Below are positions 12,456 through 24,300 of a stretch of DNA of 64,000 nt, piece after piece. Made by a program: the position numbers and the translations under genes. The DNA is from Octopus sinensis. Its lineage: Eukaryota. Location of the stretch: assembly GCF_006345805.1 (NCBI RefSeq), contig NC_043002.1:37138001-37202000 (forward strand). The letters run 5' to 3'. Each line of letters begins with the position of its first letter. Position 1 is the stretch's first letter. The notes under the pieces were generated by a model. That model was given only the letters and a program-made list of their open reading frames with translations. It was not told the DNA's origin and searched no databases.

Positions 12456-13070
12456 AAGAATGTTATTTTCTTGGATGAATCATCCTTTCCTTTATTTCCG
12501 ACCACCAGTTAGAGTATACATGTGGAGACAGCCAAAAGAAGTATTTGACCCAGACTGCCTTCATCCAACTGTTAAACATGGAAGAGGATCTGTGATGATC
12601 TGGGGAGGGGGGCTATATCTTGGAAATCCACCAGCCGAATGGTTTCCCTTCATGGAAGAATTAATAGTCAAGACTATATATGCATTTTTTCTGATCAAAT
12701 TTATCCTATGGTTGCAGAACTGTTTCCGGAGGGAAATGCAGTTGTTACTGAATAGTATGAGGAACACTCTAGTGAAATTGAACATCTTATCTGGCCACCA
12801 CAGACCCCAGATCTCAATATTATTGAACATTTCTGGTGCATTTTAGAAAAATAAGTAAGGAGGCGATATCCTCCACCGTCAACACACAAGAACTGGAGAC
12901 TGTTTTAGTTGAAGAATGGACAAAGATTCCTTTGGAAATAATTTAAACTTTGTACGAGTCCATACCTTGTAGAATTCAAGCTGTAATTACTGCCAAAGGT
13001 GGTCCTATCCCATATTAAAATAAATTTGTTTGAAATTTTTAGGCGTTTCCATTATTTTGTCATACCCCTT
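12456..13070 (+). mobile_element. Tc1-family transposon, 3' half, frameshifted
   Basis: VYMWRQPKE..CLHPTVKHGRGSVMIWG, then WPPQTPDLNIIEHFW..LE..V and AVITAKGGPIPY*; right end cgtttccattattttgtcatacccct. Confidence 0.85.
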
Positions 13071-13079
13071 TATATATAC

Positions 13080-13360
13080 ATATAATTGTTAAAGAGGACA
13101 ACAAACATTAAGGCAAGGCAAACATCTCAAGTTGTATACAGTATTATTTTGGAAAAAACTTCCTATAGTAATAATGAGATGTTTGTCTTGCCTTAATGTT
13201 TGTGGTGTTCTTTAACAATTATATATCCGCTGAATTGGAAATCTGCAATGGCTCCATAACTACTGTCTCGGCTGTAATCTTGGAGCCGTAGTAATCCGTT
13301 ACAGTACTTACCTAACATACCTAATCATTTAGATCACCTGTGAACAAAACCTCCATACTA
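13080..13360. mobile_element. Family B Penelope-like element with head-to-head inverted duplication
   Basis: Arms 13080-13129 and 13175-13224; both parts homologous to 54960-55185, which continues into a hammerhead. Confidence 0.65.
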
Positions 13361-13889
13361 TGGATATATGCACATATATATATGATGGGCTTCTTTCAGT
13401 TTCCTTCTATCATATCTGAACGCCTTACTTCCCTGGGCATGGACACATTGAAACTCTGACATCTGGCAGCTGACTTGGCAGACACCCATAAAATTATTAA
13501 CCATCTTACAAACAATAACTCTTAGCACCTTTTCAAACTCCACCTGTCTAACATTCGTGGACATGTTTACAAAGTCAGAAAACAGCACAGCTCCCATGAC
13601 TTTAGGAAACATTTTTTCACGCTGAGAGTTGCTGAAGCATGGAACAAATTGCCGGCATCAATTGTTAGTTGTCGGAGCACTGCATCCTTCAAAACTTCCA
13701 TGCTTTCTGAGATTCGCCAACACTACACCTGATTTCCTCCCCTCCATACACACACAAGCATGTATCTGACTCATTGTTCGCTTTCCAGACATTTGTACAT
13801 TACTGCATATACTTTATACGCATTTCCTGACAAGGTGTAGTACACCTGAGCACTGTATACAATAATTTCATTATATTATATTACATCCA

Positions 13890-14015
13890 CTCATGAGGCT
13901 TTGGTTGGCTCAAGGCTATAATAGAAGACACTTCTCCAAGATGAAACAGAGTAAAACTGGACCCAGAACCATGTGGTTGAGAAGCAAACTTCTTACTACA
14001 CACAATACCTGTGCT
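13890..14015 (-). mobile_element. SINE family 1, head fragment
   Basis: ggctttggttggctcaaggctataatagaagacac...ccagaaccatgtggttgagaagc. Confidence 0.7.
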
Positions 14016-14218
14016 TATTTTGATTGTGTCATAGAATGGAAAGGAATTGAAGCATATTTTTCAGTGGTATTCTGAGAATGTAATAAAGATCTACATTTAA
14101 AGGCAAAATTAATGATAAAGAAAATCATGATGAGACAAACAAAATGAAAATGAAAAGAGAGAGTAATTTTGTGAAAAAAAAAATATAGAAACGAAAGAGT
14201 AAAAGTAAAAGTACTTAC

Positions 14219-14390
14219 GAAGGAACCGATATATTTGCACTAAGGTTTAAGAAACAACGATTTCGGAGCACACCAGCCCATAACTGTACACCAATAATTC
14301 CAAAAATAAAAAATACAAAAAAACAAAGCAGAAGTACATTTCCCAACATGGGGAGTGTGTCGAGCAACAGCATCACCAATATCCGCATAC
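14219..14390 (-). CDS. Ca-alpha1T (Cav3; CACNA1G/H/I-like): Internal exon (172 bp) of a T-type voltage-gated Ca2+ channel alpha1 subunit: domain I S4-S5 linker, S5 and start of the turret
   Basis: Translates without stops to (S)[56 protein letters not shown], matching my recollection of vertebrate Cav3 [47 protein letters not shown]; acceptor ttctttccAG and donor GTAAGT; phase 1 in, phase 2 out. Confidence 0.96.
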
Positions 14391-14629
14391 CTGGAAAGAA
14401 AAGAAAAAAGAAGAAAAAGAGACAATAAGTATGTGTAGCAGAACACAGCGAAAACGTTTCTACTAAATGCTTTGTTATTATGATATCTTTTTTTCATTTT
14501 TCTTAATTCAACATGCAAGTATGTACATTTAGATAATAACATGAGTGATTATATTGACATAGCAAGCTTTTCAGATGAAATAGTAAATTTTAAAACTATA
14601 TGTTATATATATGTTCATGTAAATACATA

Positions 14630-14662
14630 TTACATATATATGTATATATATATATATTATAT

Positions 14663-14716
<54 letters not shown>

Positions 14717-14743
14717 TATACACACACACGCACATGTATACAC

Positions 14744-14792
<49 letters not shown>

Positions 14793-14820
14793 ACATATAT
14801 ATATACATATGTATGTATGT
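14630..14820. repeat. (TA)n/(CA)n microsatellite
   Basis: Direct inspection. Confidence 0.95.
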
Positions 14821-15203
14821 GTTTATTTGCATATATGTGTGTCTGTGCGTATACTTTTGTATGTATATATTCAAAATCATATACTTACATGTGAGTAATG
14901 AGTATGTAGTTTGCTTTCTCTCATCATAATTATGTGTAATCAGAAATGAATAAGTGTGTGTATATATGTGAGAGAGTGTGTGTATTTGCTGCACAGCTTT
15001 CACAGATATATAACAATTAGTGTATGCATACTTAAGACTTATAGTAAATATGGTTTTGACACACAAAAAGCAACATGTATCAGTGTGTGCATTTAGATAT
15101 AACAAGAACATCTGAATATTATTTTAATATCACAATAACAATATTCTTGTTGTACTATATAAAATAAATAGCATAAATAATCACTTAAACTCATACACAC
15201 ACA

Positions 15204-15234
<31 letters not shown>

Positions 15235-15325
15235 TGTTTGATATCACACATGTTTTTATGAAGATTTATAAGAAAAGTGTATATGTGTGTATATATGTGT
15301 GTGTGTGTGTGTGTGCATGTGTATG

Positions 15326-15357
<32 letters not shown>

Positions 15358-15637
15358 ATGAAGGGTGAAATTAATTAATTTGGAATAATTATCAATTACA
15401 CCAAGTAGTCTTCGGCATGTAAAAGCCTCATTCGAGGAAAATTTAAGTAATACTAAGCAATAAAGGGTTTAGCAACGAATTGCCTTACCACATACCGAAT
15501 TTAGAAATAGCAGTCAAAGAGTTATAGCTATTTCTTCTACTAAAAAGGGAGATCTCAGTAAAAACAGCAATTGGAAGGCAGACACAACAGGTAAGAGAGA
15601 ATGATTGACGGCAATCTATCATACAATTTTAAGTTAT

Positions 15638-15735
15638 CTACGGACGCACGTTTCGAAATCAAGTTTTTAGGAAAGCATAAGAATTAAATATTAAATAATT
15701 CTACCTTACCAAAACTTCTTTTCTCTTCAGCGTAG
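15638..15735 (-). ncRNA. Type I hammerhead ribozyme motif (left arm)
   Basis: Reverse complement CTACG-CTGAAGA-GAAA(61 nt)TTTC-GAAA-C-GTGC-G-TC-CGTAG; perfect 5-bp stem I. Confidence 0.85.
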
Positions 15736-15980
15736 AATACTATAATCATAAATGATTATATATTGAATTTTGAGATACTAGAAGGCACCAACTCAACTCA
15801 GTATCAGAGCGAGCTAGAATCCGCAACTAGTATCACAACTAGCTGGTGACACAATCTTTTCATTCACACATTGAATTTGGTGATACTAGTTGCGGATTCT
15901 AGCTCGCTCTGATACTGAGTTGAGTTGGTGCCTTCTAGTATCTCAAAATTCAATATATAATCATTTATGATTATAGTATT

Positions 15981-16078
15981 CTACGCTGAAGAGAAAAGAA
16001 GTTTTGGTAAGGTAGAATTATTTAATATTTAATTCTTATGCTTTCCTAAAAACTTGATTTCGAAACATGCGTCCGTAG
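15981..16078 (+). ncRNA. Type I hammerhead ribozyme motif (right arm)
   Basis: CTACG-CTGAAGA-GAAA...TTTC-GAAA-C-ATGC-G-TC-CGTAG; predicted cleavage after C16073. Confidence 0.85.
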
Positions 16079-16272
16079 ATAACTTAAAATTGTATGATAG
16101 ATTGCCGTCAATTCATTCTCTCTTACCTGTTTGTGTCTGCCTTCCAATTGCTGTTTTTACTGAGATCTCCCTTTTTAGTAGAAGAAATAGCTATAACTCT
16201 TTGACTGCTATTTCTAAATTCGGTATGTGGTAAGGCAATTCGTTGCTAAACCCTTTATTGCTTAGTATTACT

Positions 16273-16305
<33 letters not shown>

Positions 16306-16811
16306 GTATATATGTATTTATAGATATACATTATTGGTACCTGCATTTATGTAGATTGATAATAAAAGTACACACACGCATACATATATGTGCATATATA
16401 CATGCATAAACACACAGACACACATACACACATGCATTGTTGGATATAATGTATATATTTATTTAAATTTATAACAATAGTATTTCTATAACCTCATAAA
16501 ACATATTTTGAAAATGAATAAGGATAAACAGAAATAGTTACTTAAAAACGAAGCTATATATGTCCATATAATCACATTCAATGGCAATATGTAATTCTAA
16601 TGCAAAATAAAATAGGCTATGCAAATAACAATGTTAGTAAAAACACATTAAAGTTTATATATATATAAAATTATGCTTCTTAGATATCTAAATCTGTATA
16701 TATGCGCAAAAAAATATATATCCCTGATCTTCCTATCTTTATAAATGCTGGGTATTTATATAATAAAAAAACATAAGCATAGTAATAATAATAATAATAA
16801 TAATAATCTTT

Positions 16812-17010
16812 TCTGTTACAGGCACAAGGCCTGAAATTTGGGGGCAGGGGGAGGGGAGGGGGATAGTCGAGTACATTGACCCCAGGGTTGAACTAGTACT
16901 TAACTTATCGGTCTCGAAAGGCAAAGTTGACCTCGGCAGAATTTGTACTCAGAATGTGAAGATGGATGAAATACTGCTAAGCATTTTGTCTGGCATGCAA
17001 ACGATTTTAT
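16812..17010 (-). mobile_element. SINE family 2
   Basis: ggcacaaggcctgaaattt...gcaaagttgacctcggcagaatttgtactcagaatg...aagcattttgtctggcatgc. Confidence 0.8.
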
Positions 17011-17217
17011 CAGCTTGCTGCTTTGATGATGATGATGATAATAATGCCCTGATGCAGTACCAAGCAGTTGCTCCCACAACTTCTGATCTTCAATTAATAA
17101 ATACTGTCATGAGATCTTATATGACTTGCAAGTCCTGCTCTTGACACACAAACTCTACTGCAGATCTTACATATATTTTTAAGCAGAAATATACACACAC
17201 ACACATGCATACACAAT

Positions 17218-17345
17218 AGGCTTCTTTCAGTTTCCATCTATCAGACTCATTCACAAAGCTTTGGTCAGATCGAGCTGTTAGTAGAAGACAAGGTGACATG
17301 CTCTGGGGCCGAAGGAAAAAGTTGGAAAGCAAGCTATGTATCCTC
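17218..17345 (-). mobile_element. SINE family 1, head fragment
   Basis: ggcttctttcagtttccatc...cacaaagctttggtc...gtagaagaca. Confidence 0.65.
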
Positions 17346-18519
17346 CTTTAATACTAAGCTTTATACCAAAAGGATTTCTGGCAGAAAGATGGGGAAATCT
17401 TTTAACTGGTTTTCAATAAGATTTGAAAACAGATTTTATTATTTTTTTTTTTACATGATTATGTTAGAAGTAAAAATATGATGGCCATGACTTTTTCAAA
17501 GCCTCTGGCACTTGTAAGACAAAGGTCAGTGTCTATGACCTTTTCAAGGCCCTCCAAGACAGGTGGAAAGAAATTTAATGTTGGAAATACATCATAAGAA
17601 ACTAATCTCTGTGGTTCCATAAAGTAAATAGCAATCACATACTGGGGGTTATTATAATTGAATGCTTTTTTTCTCTAAAATTTCTGAACTTGTACTTAAA
17701 TTGGAAATTTAGAAATTAAAATACAGAACTAATTATCATAATTTCTCATATGAAGAGGTATTTAAATTAGATTTGAGAACATGAATGAGAAGGAATTAGC
17801 AATGGTTTTACAGATGAAATAAATGAAAATGTCTTTTAAGCAATTTTTCTTTCTGTATTATTCTTAAAGAACAAAAATAAATTTCAAACAAAGGCCTATT
17901 TGATTAAACCCTTACTTTCTTTTTTGACTGCTCAAAGTTCATGGTGAGAGAAGCAAATATCTTTGTAAAGCTATCAAATACGACCCCCCCCCCCCCAAAA
18001 AAAAAGATTAAAATAAAATAATAAATTCTTATTTTATTAAGATTAACATTTATGCATATAATTAGTTGAAATGCACTGCCTCAAGAAAAGCTGCTGTGAA
18101 AGTGGATGTGGTTTTCCCCATGAACTTTAAAATGTTCTAGAAATCAAGTAAGAATACTGAGAAAGAGTATTACTAATTGTTAATCTGCTATCGTCCTCCA
18201 GGAATTTAACTGGCAACAAACTTTAGTAGCACCAAAGCTCAGTTCAGTGCTGTAAAGCATTCAATCTATATCAAATAATCCTGTATGATTGAAGTTTACT
18301 CTAGTAAGGACCTTTGCATTTCTTTTATGTCACACAAGTTTTCAGGGTGCCTCCAACAAAATAAACATATAAAGAAACCACAATAGCATCTTGTAAGGTA
18401 TGTTATTTAAACTGCCAGTGTGTTAAATGTTGGAAATAACAAATTGTAACCTCCACGCATAAATCATCTAAGTCTAAGGATTTCTGTTGAACAGAGTCAA
18501 CCACATATTGGTTTCAAAT

Positions 18520-18720
18520 TTTGGCACAAGGCCAGAAATTTGAGGGGAAGGGGTAAGTTGATTATGTCAACCCCCAAGTGCTCAGCTTGGTATACTTATT
18601 TTATCAACCTTGAAAAAAATGACAGGCAAAGTTGGCCTCAGCAGAATTTGAACTCAGAACATGAAATGGCACTAAACATTTTGCCTGGCATATTAATGAT
18701 TCTTCTAGCTCCCTGCCTTA
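18520..18720 (-). mobile_element. SINE family 2
   Basis: ttttggcacaaggcc...ggcaaagttggcctcagcagaatttgaactcagaac. Confidence 0.8.
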
Positions 18721-18739
18721 ATAATAATGATGATGATGA

Positions 18740-18777
<38 letters not shown>

Positions 18778-18789
18778 ATAATAATAATG

Positions 18790-19065
18790 ATAAGTGCCTT
18801 GATGCAGTACCAGGCAGTGGCTCTTGTGGCTTCTGATCTTAACTGATTGGAAGTGTTATGTACATTGTTTTGTCTTGGTAAAAAAGATTGGCTACAGCAA
18901 ATATTCTGCTCAATACCACAGATTTGCTTGTCAGTTGTTTGACTTTAACCAGTTGAGCATGTCCCTTAGTGGCTGATGATATGTACATCTCTGATCACGA
19001 GCAGTAGTGGGGGAGCATCATAGCCATGCGTTGAGAGGGATTCTTTGGGGTTTGAATAATTCACC
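18790..19065 (+). mobile_element. Interspersed repeat family D (unclassified)
   Basis: Homologous to the reverse complement of 33640-33950 (tgatgcagtaccaggcagtgg...gggagcatcatagccatg). Confidence 0.7.
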
Positions 19066-19257
19066 TCCTGCTGTCGGCCCTTACCTGTTTCCAACCAAAA
19101 TATTTCCTCATGGCCAGAACTATCTTTGCTGAATATTAGAAATAAACGACACTATTGTGTGACAGTGATGTCCATACATTCATTTACAACTATTACAAGA
19201 TGTCAAGACAAATAGACACAAGCAAGCACATTCCCAACACACACACACACACACAAT

Positions 19258-19380
19258 TGGCTTCTTTCAGTTTCCATCAATCAAATCCACTCACAAGGCT
19301 TTGGTTGGCCTGAGGCTATAGTTGAAGACGCTTATCCAAGGTGCCACTGAACCCAGGACCATGTGGGTGTGAGGCAAACA
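19258..19380 (-). mobile_element. SINE family 1, head fragment
   Basis: ggcttctttcagtttcc...cacaaggctttggttggcctgaggctata. Confidence 0.7.
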
Positions 19381-20087
19381 CATACAGTTAATGTTTACTG
19401 TTTCAGTTCACACATTGCCTATGACTCACTAATTTTTGCATTATATTTTAGTCTGTCATTAAAATGTGTTTATAAACATGTTTAGGCTATGATGCTAAAA
19501 TCAATTTCCTGCTCATCTCACCTACGCAATTTCAAAATGTACATAAAAATAAAACATCACACTATCATTTATCTATCTACACCAAACTTAATGCTAGGAT
19601 GTCAAAACCCTAAAATATATCTCAGGGAAATTACAGTTAGCCTTGTTTCAAACTATGCCGTATTACCTGCCTCTGCAGCAGCAGCAGCAGTCATCACTAC
19701 CAAAAGAGGTCGGATAGCAACCAAGATAAAACGATGCCTTGAAAGCTAAAATTGCACCTGAAACAACTAAATATTTCAACACATAACGTGCAACAGAGTC
19801 TGAGACTGAAACAGAGAAACGCACCATATCTGGTCTGCTGGCTGATAAGATCTCTCTTAACTGCCTGAACCATAGTGCAGCTAAATGAAGGTGAGTTGTT
19901 CAACACAAAATGAAGAATATATCAAGGAACACCAGAAACTAAGTGAAAACGATGTCTTTTTAAACTTCATCTATTTTTAAGATTCTCTACAACTTATTGC
20001 AATATTTACACTCTGATTTAAATTATACTCATAAAGATTGTCCCCAACTTTTCTTAATTTAAGGTATCTGAAATATTTCCATGGATA

Positions 20088-20496
20088 GGCGCAGGAGTGG
20101 CTGTGTGGTAAGTAGCTTGCTAACCAGCCACATGGTTCCGGGTTCAGTCCCACTGCGTGGCATCTTGGGCAAGTGTCTTCTACTATAGCCCCGGGCCGAC
20201 CAATGCCTTGTGAGTGGATTTGGTAGACGGAAACTGAAAGAAGCCTGTCGTATATATGTATATATATATATGTGTGTGTTTGTGTGTCTGTGTTTGTCCC
20301 CCTAGCATTGCTTGACAACCAATGCTGGTGTGTTTACGTCCCCGTCACTTAGCGGTTCGGCAAAAGAGACCGATAGAATAAGTACTGGGCTTACAAAGAA
20401 TAAGTCCCGGGGTCGATTTGATCGACTAAAGGTGGTGCTCCAGCATGGCCGCAGTCAAATGACTGAAACAAGTAAAAGAGTAAAGAGTAAAAGAGT
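20088..20496 (+). mobile_element. SINE family 1, full-length young copy with internal (TA)/(TG) microsatellite
   Basis: tRNA-like head with A-box-like TGGCTGTGTGG and B-box-like GGGTTCAGTCCC; ttgggcaagtgtc core; (gtaaaaga)n tail. Confidence 0.92.
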
Positions 20497-21007
20497 ATAT
20501 AACATGAAGCATTTATGCAGATGTTTGCAACACCTGACTTATGCTTAACATGAATTTCTTAAACATCATCTCTTTCTCTTGCAGCTTTCACTGCCAGTGG
20601 TTTATATAGATGTAATTCTCTGAATTCCTTGGATTTTATTTATTTAACAAGTGATTTAGTGAGATTGAGTGGGTTTTGACTAAAACAATTGTATCTTGGT
20701 TGAGTCACTAAAAACACATAGGCTGTTATGTTACTTTTTACTTCATTTTAATTATATTTCGTTTTTGTATTTAGTTTACAAGATTCTTTATGTGAATTCC
20801 CGTGTTGAAGCATATTTTATTGTGTCTGGGGAGAGTCATTCATTTAACATACACACTGATTTCCACTCATTTACTCATTTATTTTTACTAAAATTTTTGT
20901 TACAACTTGCAACCTTTTCAATAGTTGTATTATATATTATATGTAAGGCAGCGAGTTGGGAGAATGGCTGGCATGTTGAGCAACATGCTTAGCAGAATTT
21001 TATCCAT

Positions 21008-21245
21008 ACTCTTACTCTTTTACTTGTTTCAGTCATTTGACTGTGGCTATACTGGAGCACCGCCTTTAGTCAAGCAAATCAACCCCAGAACTTATTCTTT
21101 GTTAGCCTAGTACTTATTCTATTGGTCACTTTTGCCGAACCGCTAAATTACGAGGACGTAAACACACCAGCATCGGTTGTCAAGTGATGTTGGGGAGACA
21201 AACACGGACACACAAACATATACACACACACACATACATATATAA

Positions 21246-21284
<39 letters not shown>

Positions 21285-21455
21285 CATACATATATACGAT
21301 GGGCTTCTTTTAGTTTCCGTCTACCAAATCAACTCACAAGGCTTTGGTCGGCTCGAGGCTATAGTAGAAGACACTTGCCCAAGGTGCCACACAGTGAGAC
21401 TGAACCCGGAACCATGTTGTTTGTAAGCAAGCTACTTACCACACAGCCACTCCTA
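21008..21455 (-). mobile_element. SINE family 1, full length
   Basis: Reverse complement of the 20088 copy over its whole length. Confidence 0.9.
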
Positions 21456-22294
21456 CTCCATCTGTACATTCTGAGATCAAATTCCACTGAGGTGGACTTT
21501 GCCTCTCATTCTTTCGGAGTTGATGTAATTGACCTACCCACTTCCCTGAAATTGCTGGCATTCCATATTACTATTAGTCATGACTGGAAATAGGGAAGCG
21601 CTTTAGCCCATCCCACTTAATTATTACGAAAGATAGGGCGTATAAAAATAAGTTAAATTGATGTATGCTGGGTCTACAGAAACGTAGCTAAAAGTATTAG
21701 GACCTTCCATAAAATAAAGATTAGTAGATAAAAGCATTTGGGTGTGAATAAAATCAAGTGTATAAGTTCAATCCTTTGAAGAAAATGGGGTTTCTCTGAA
21801 GGAGTTTTGAAATAATGTTACTTGACAGGGTATGTAGCTTAGAGATAGGGATTCTCTCCAGATTGAGCTGCTACTTCTCTGTATTGGAAGATTACAGCTC
21901 ATGTACCACAGATACATGGTTAGAATGCTGCAGGAAAGGACTGCAAGACAGATTCATTAAGCCAAGCCAACTGGCAAGAGACCTAGGGGTGCGTCATGAA
22001 TGAGATTTTTGGATAATATCTATAATCTCAGATGATCAGGCTTGGGAATCCAGCAGGAAAGTTTAAAGACATTTGTTTCTGATAGGATTTTGTGGATGTG
22101 GTACTTGAGGGCTCTACTCCAACAAAGCTCCCAGGAATAGTAGACAGTGAAAATGGAGGGATGGATGAATGGCTGGAAATTCTAACCTGCAGGCATTTAC
22201 AAAGACATGGGAAAATGTAGTTGTGAAGAGAGATTGTCTTTCCAAACAATACTAATGAAGTACTGGTGACACATTTTATAGATTAAAGAACAGG

Positions 22295-22445
22295 CACAGT
22301 TGTTGCATTTAAGCAGCTTGCTTTTTAATCATATTGTTGTGAGTTCAATTCCAGTGTGGAAGGTCTTGGAGAAATGTCTTTTTCTTATAGCCTCAGGTTC
22401 TTTGTGAGCAGGGTTTGGTATGCAGAAACTATGCAAAAGTCTGTT
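22295..22445 (+). mobile_element. SINE family 1, old head fragment
   Basis: aagcagcttgc...gagttcaattccagtg...ggtcttggagaaatgtc...atagcctcagg. Confidence 0.55.
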
Positions 22446-22588
22446 GTTTGGACATATGTATATAAGTGAGTATGATTTACAGAAACCCATTGTATTTCTA
22501 TATATACGGGTGTATCTGTTTTTGTTTACATCAATTTAAAAGGTAGGCATTGTTTACATCATGTCACTTTTTGTTCCATGATTTAGAG

Positions 22589-22833
22589 CAGTGATTCTCA
22601 GCCAGGGTCCACATGACCATTGGGGTTCCATATAAGATTTTGTTGTTAAAATTCATCTGCAATAAATTGGTTCAACTCTTACAATACAAAATATGTTAAC
22701 AATTCCTAATAATATTTATTTCTGAAAATTTAATAAGATTTTTTAAACATTGTATGACTGAGATGGTTGATCCAAGTGAAACAGGAATCAAAGGGATCCA
22801 TTGGTAAAAAAAAAAAATGGTTGAGAAACACTG
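22589..22833. mobile_element. hAT (Charlie-type) MITE
   Basis: TIRs CAGTGATTCTCAGCCA / TGGTTGAGAAACACTG; flanks atttagag / atttagta resemble an 8-bp TSD; homologous to 39398. Confidence 0.75.
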
Positions 22834-22958
22834 ATTTAGTAGTTCAACAAATAGAGATTGTTAAAATAAGTACCAGACAAAATTAAGTCCTGGGATTGAT
22901 ATTATTAATTAAACCATTGAACACAATGCCATAACATGGTAACAGTTATGGAAAAATA

Positions 22959-23180
22959 GGCGGTGATCTGGCAGAATTATTATCACCCTGGGTGAAATGT
23001 TTAGTGACATTTCATCCATCTTTACATTCTGAGTTCAAATTCTGCTGAGGTCAACTTTGCCTTCATCCTTTCCGGGTCAATAAATTAAGTACCGGTGATA
23101 TAATAGAGTACTGGAGTTGATATAATAGACTTATACCTTTCCCTGAAATTGCTGGCCTTGTGCCAAAATTTGAAACCAAT
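22959..23180 (+). mobile_element. SINE family 2
   Basis: ggcggtgatctggcagaat...ttctgagttcaaattctgctgaggtcaactttgcc...gctggccttgtgcc. Confidence 0.85.
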
Positions 23181-24104
23181 ATTTAGACAGAAACAAATAA
23201 AAGAGTATATAATCACAGAAAACAGTAGTTCAGTTCTACCTTCTATTGTATCTTTCAATAACTTACAATAGGAAAAGAAGTGTAAAAGGTCATTGCTCCA
23301 AGCACTGAGCTTTAAAGTTATCTCTGATCGTCAAGCCATTCTTGATAAAATCTCAGTTCTGTTAAATTTTATCAGATTTAATTAGACTTGTTATACTTTG
23401 TTCTGAAAGGTGACAACATAAATTTGTTTTTGTGAAAGCGTTTTCTGTGTATTATAGCACCCTTTGAAAGATCGTAGTTTTAACAGTGGTTGAGTAAGTA
23501 GCCTTTGTCAGTTCTAATTAAAACAACAACAATAACAGAACAAATAGATGACAGGCGACATTGAGGTTACTACAGAGGCTGGATTGTTTACCATTCTCAT
23601 CAAGCTACAGCAGCAAATCTTTTCTTTCAAACATATCCTGACTAAATTACTTTGGATACTACCGCTTTACTACATTTCACCCATAATCTAAACAACTAGT
23701 AACTATCACATTTCAACTCTGTGCATGAGAGCCAATGGATTAAACCAACGAAAATGCATGTATGTGGTCATTGGACCTACTAGCAGTAGCAGCCAAATCT
23801 CAATCAAATATTTCTTATAAAGGGATGGTCACCATGGATAATATCATTCTTATGTGTGGAATGAAAAAAATAAAAGACTGCATGGTTGTCGTTGGAACCG
23901 CTTTGATCATAAATCTCCTTGATTTGTATTGATAAGAGGATAAACAGCAACCATAGAGAATTCTACAATATCTATGCTGTAGCCATATTTGTTAAAACCA
24001 CGGCTTACAACTCTTATAAAAGTCAGAGACGTTTTCCAATGCCAAACAAGTGTAAGAAAAAATTCCAGACTGCAAAAACATCTCAGCCTTTGTTGCTCCC
24101 CATG

Positions 24105-24300
24105 AGCTGGCAGAATCATTAGCATACCTGGCAAAATGTTGTTAAGCATTTTGTCCGTCTTAATGTTCTGAGTTCAAATTCCACTGAGGTCAACTTTGCC
24201 TTTCATCCTTTTGTGGTTGATAAAATAAAGAACTAGTTGAGTCCAAGGGGACGGTGTTATGTAGTCAACTTATCCTCTCCACCTAAATTGCTGGCCTGGT
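24105..24300 (+). mobile_element. SINE family 2
   Basis: gagctggcagaatcattagc...gttctgagttcaaattccactgaggtcaactttgcc. Confidence 0.8.

Larger units (their letters stand above)
15360..16274. mobile_element. Family A2 Penelope-like/retrozyme-like element arranged as a long palindrome
   Basis: Arms 15444-15836 and 15880-16274 differ by 1 substitution and 2 single-base indels by eye; 43-bp spacer; (TA)n on both flanks; one hammerhead per arm. Confidence 0.8.
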
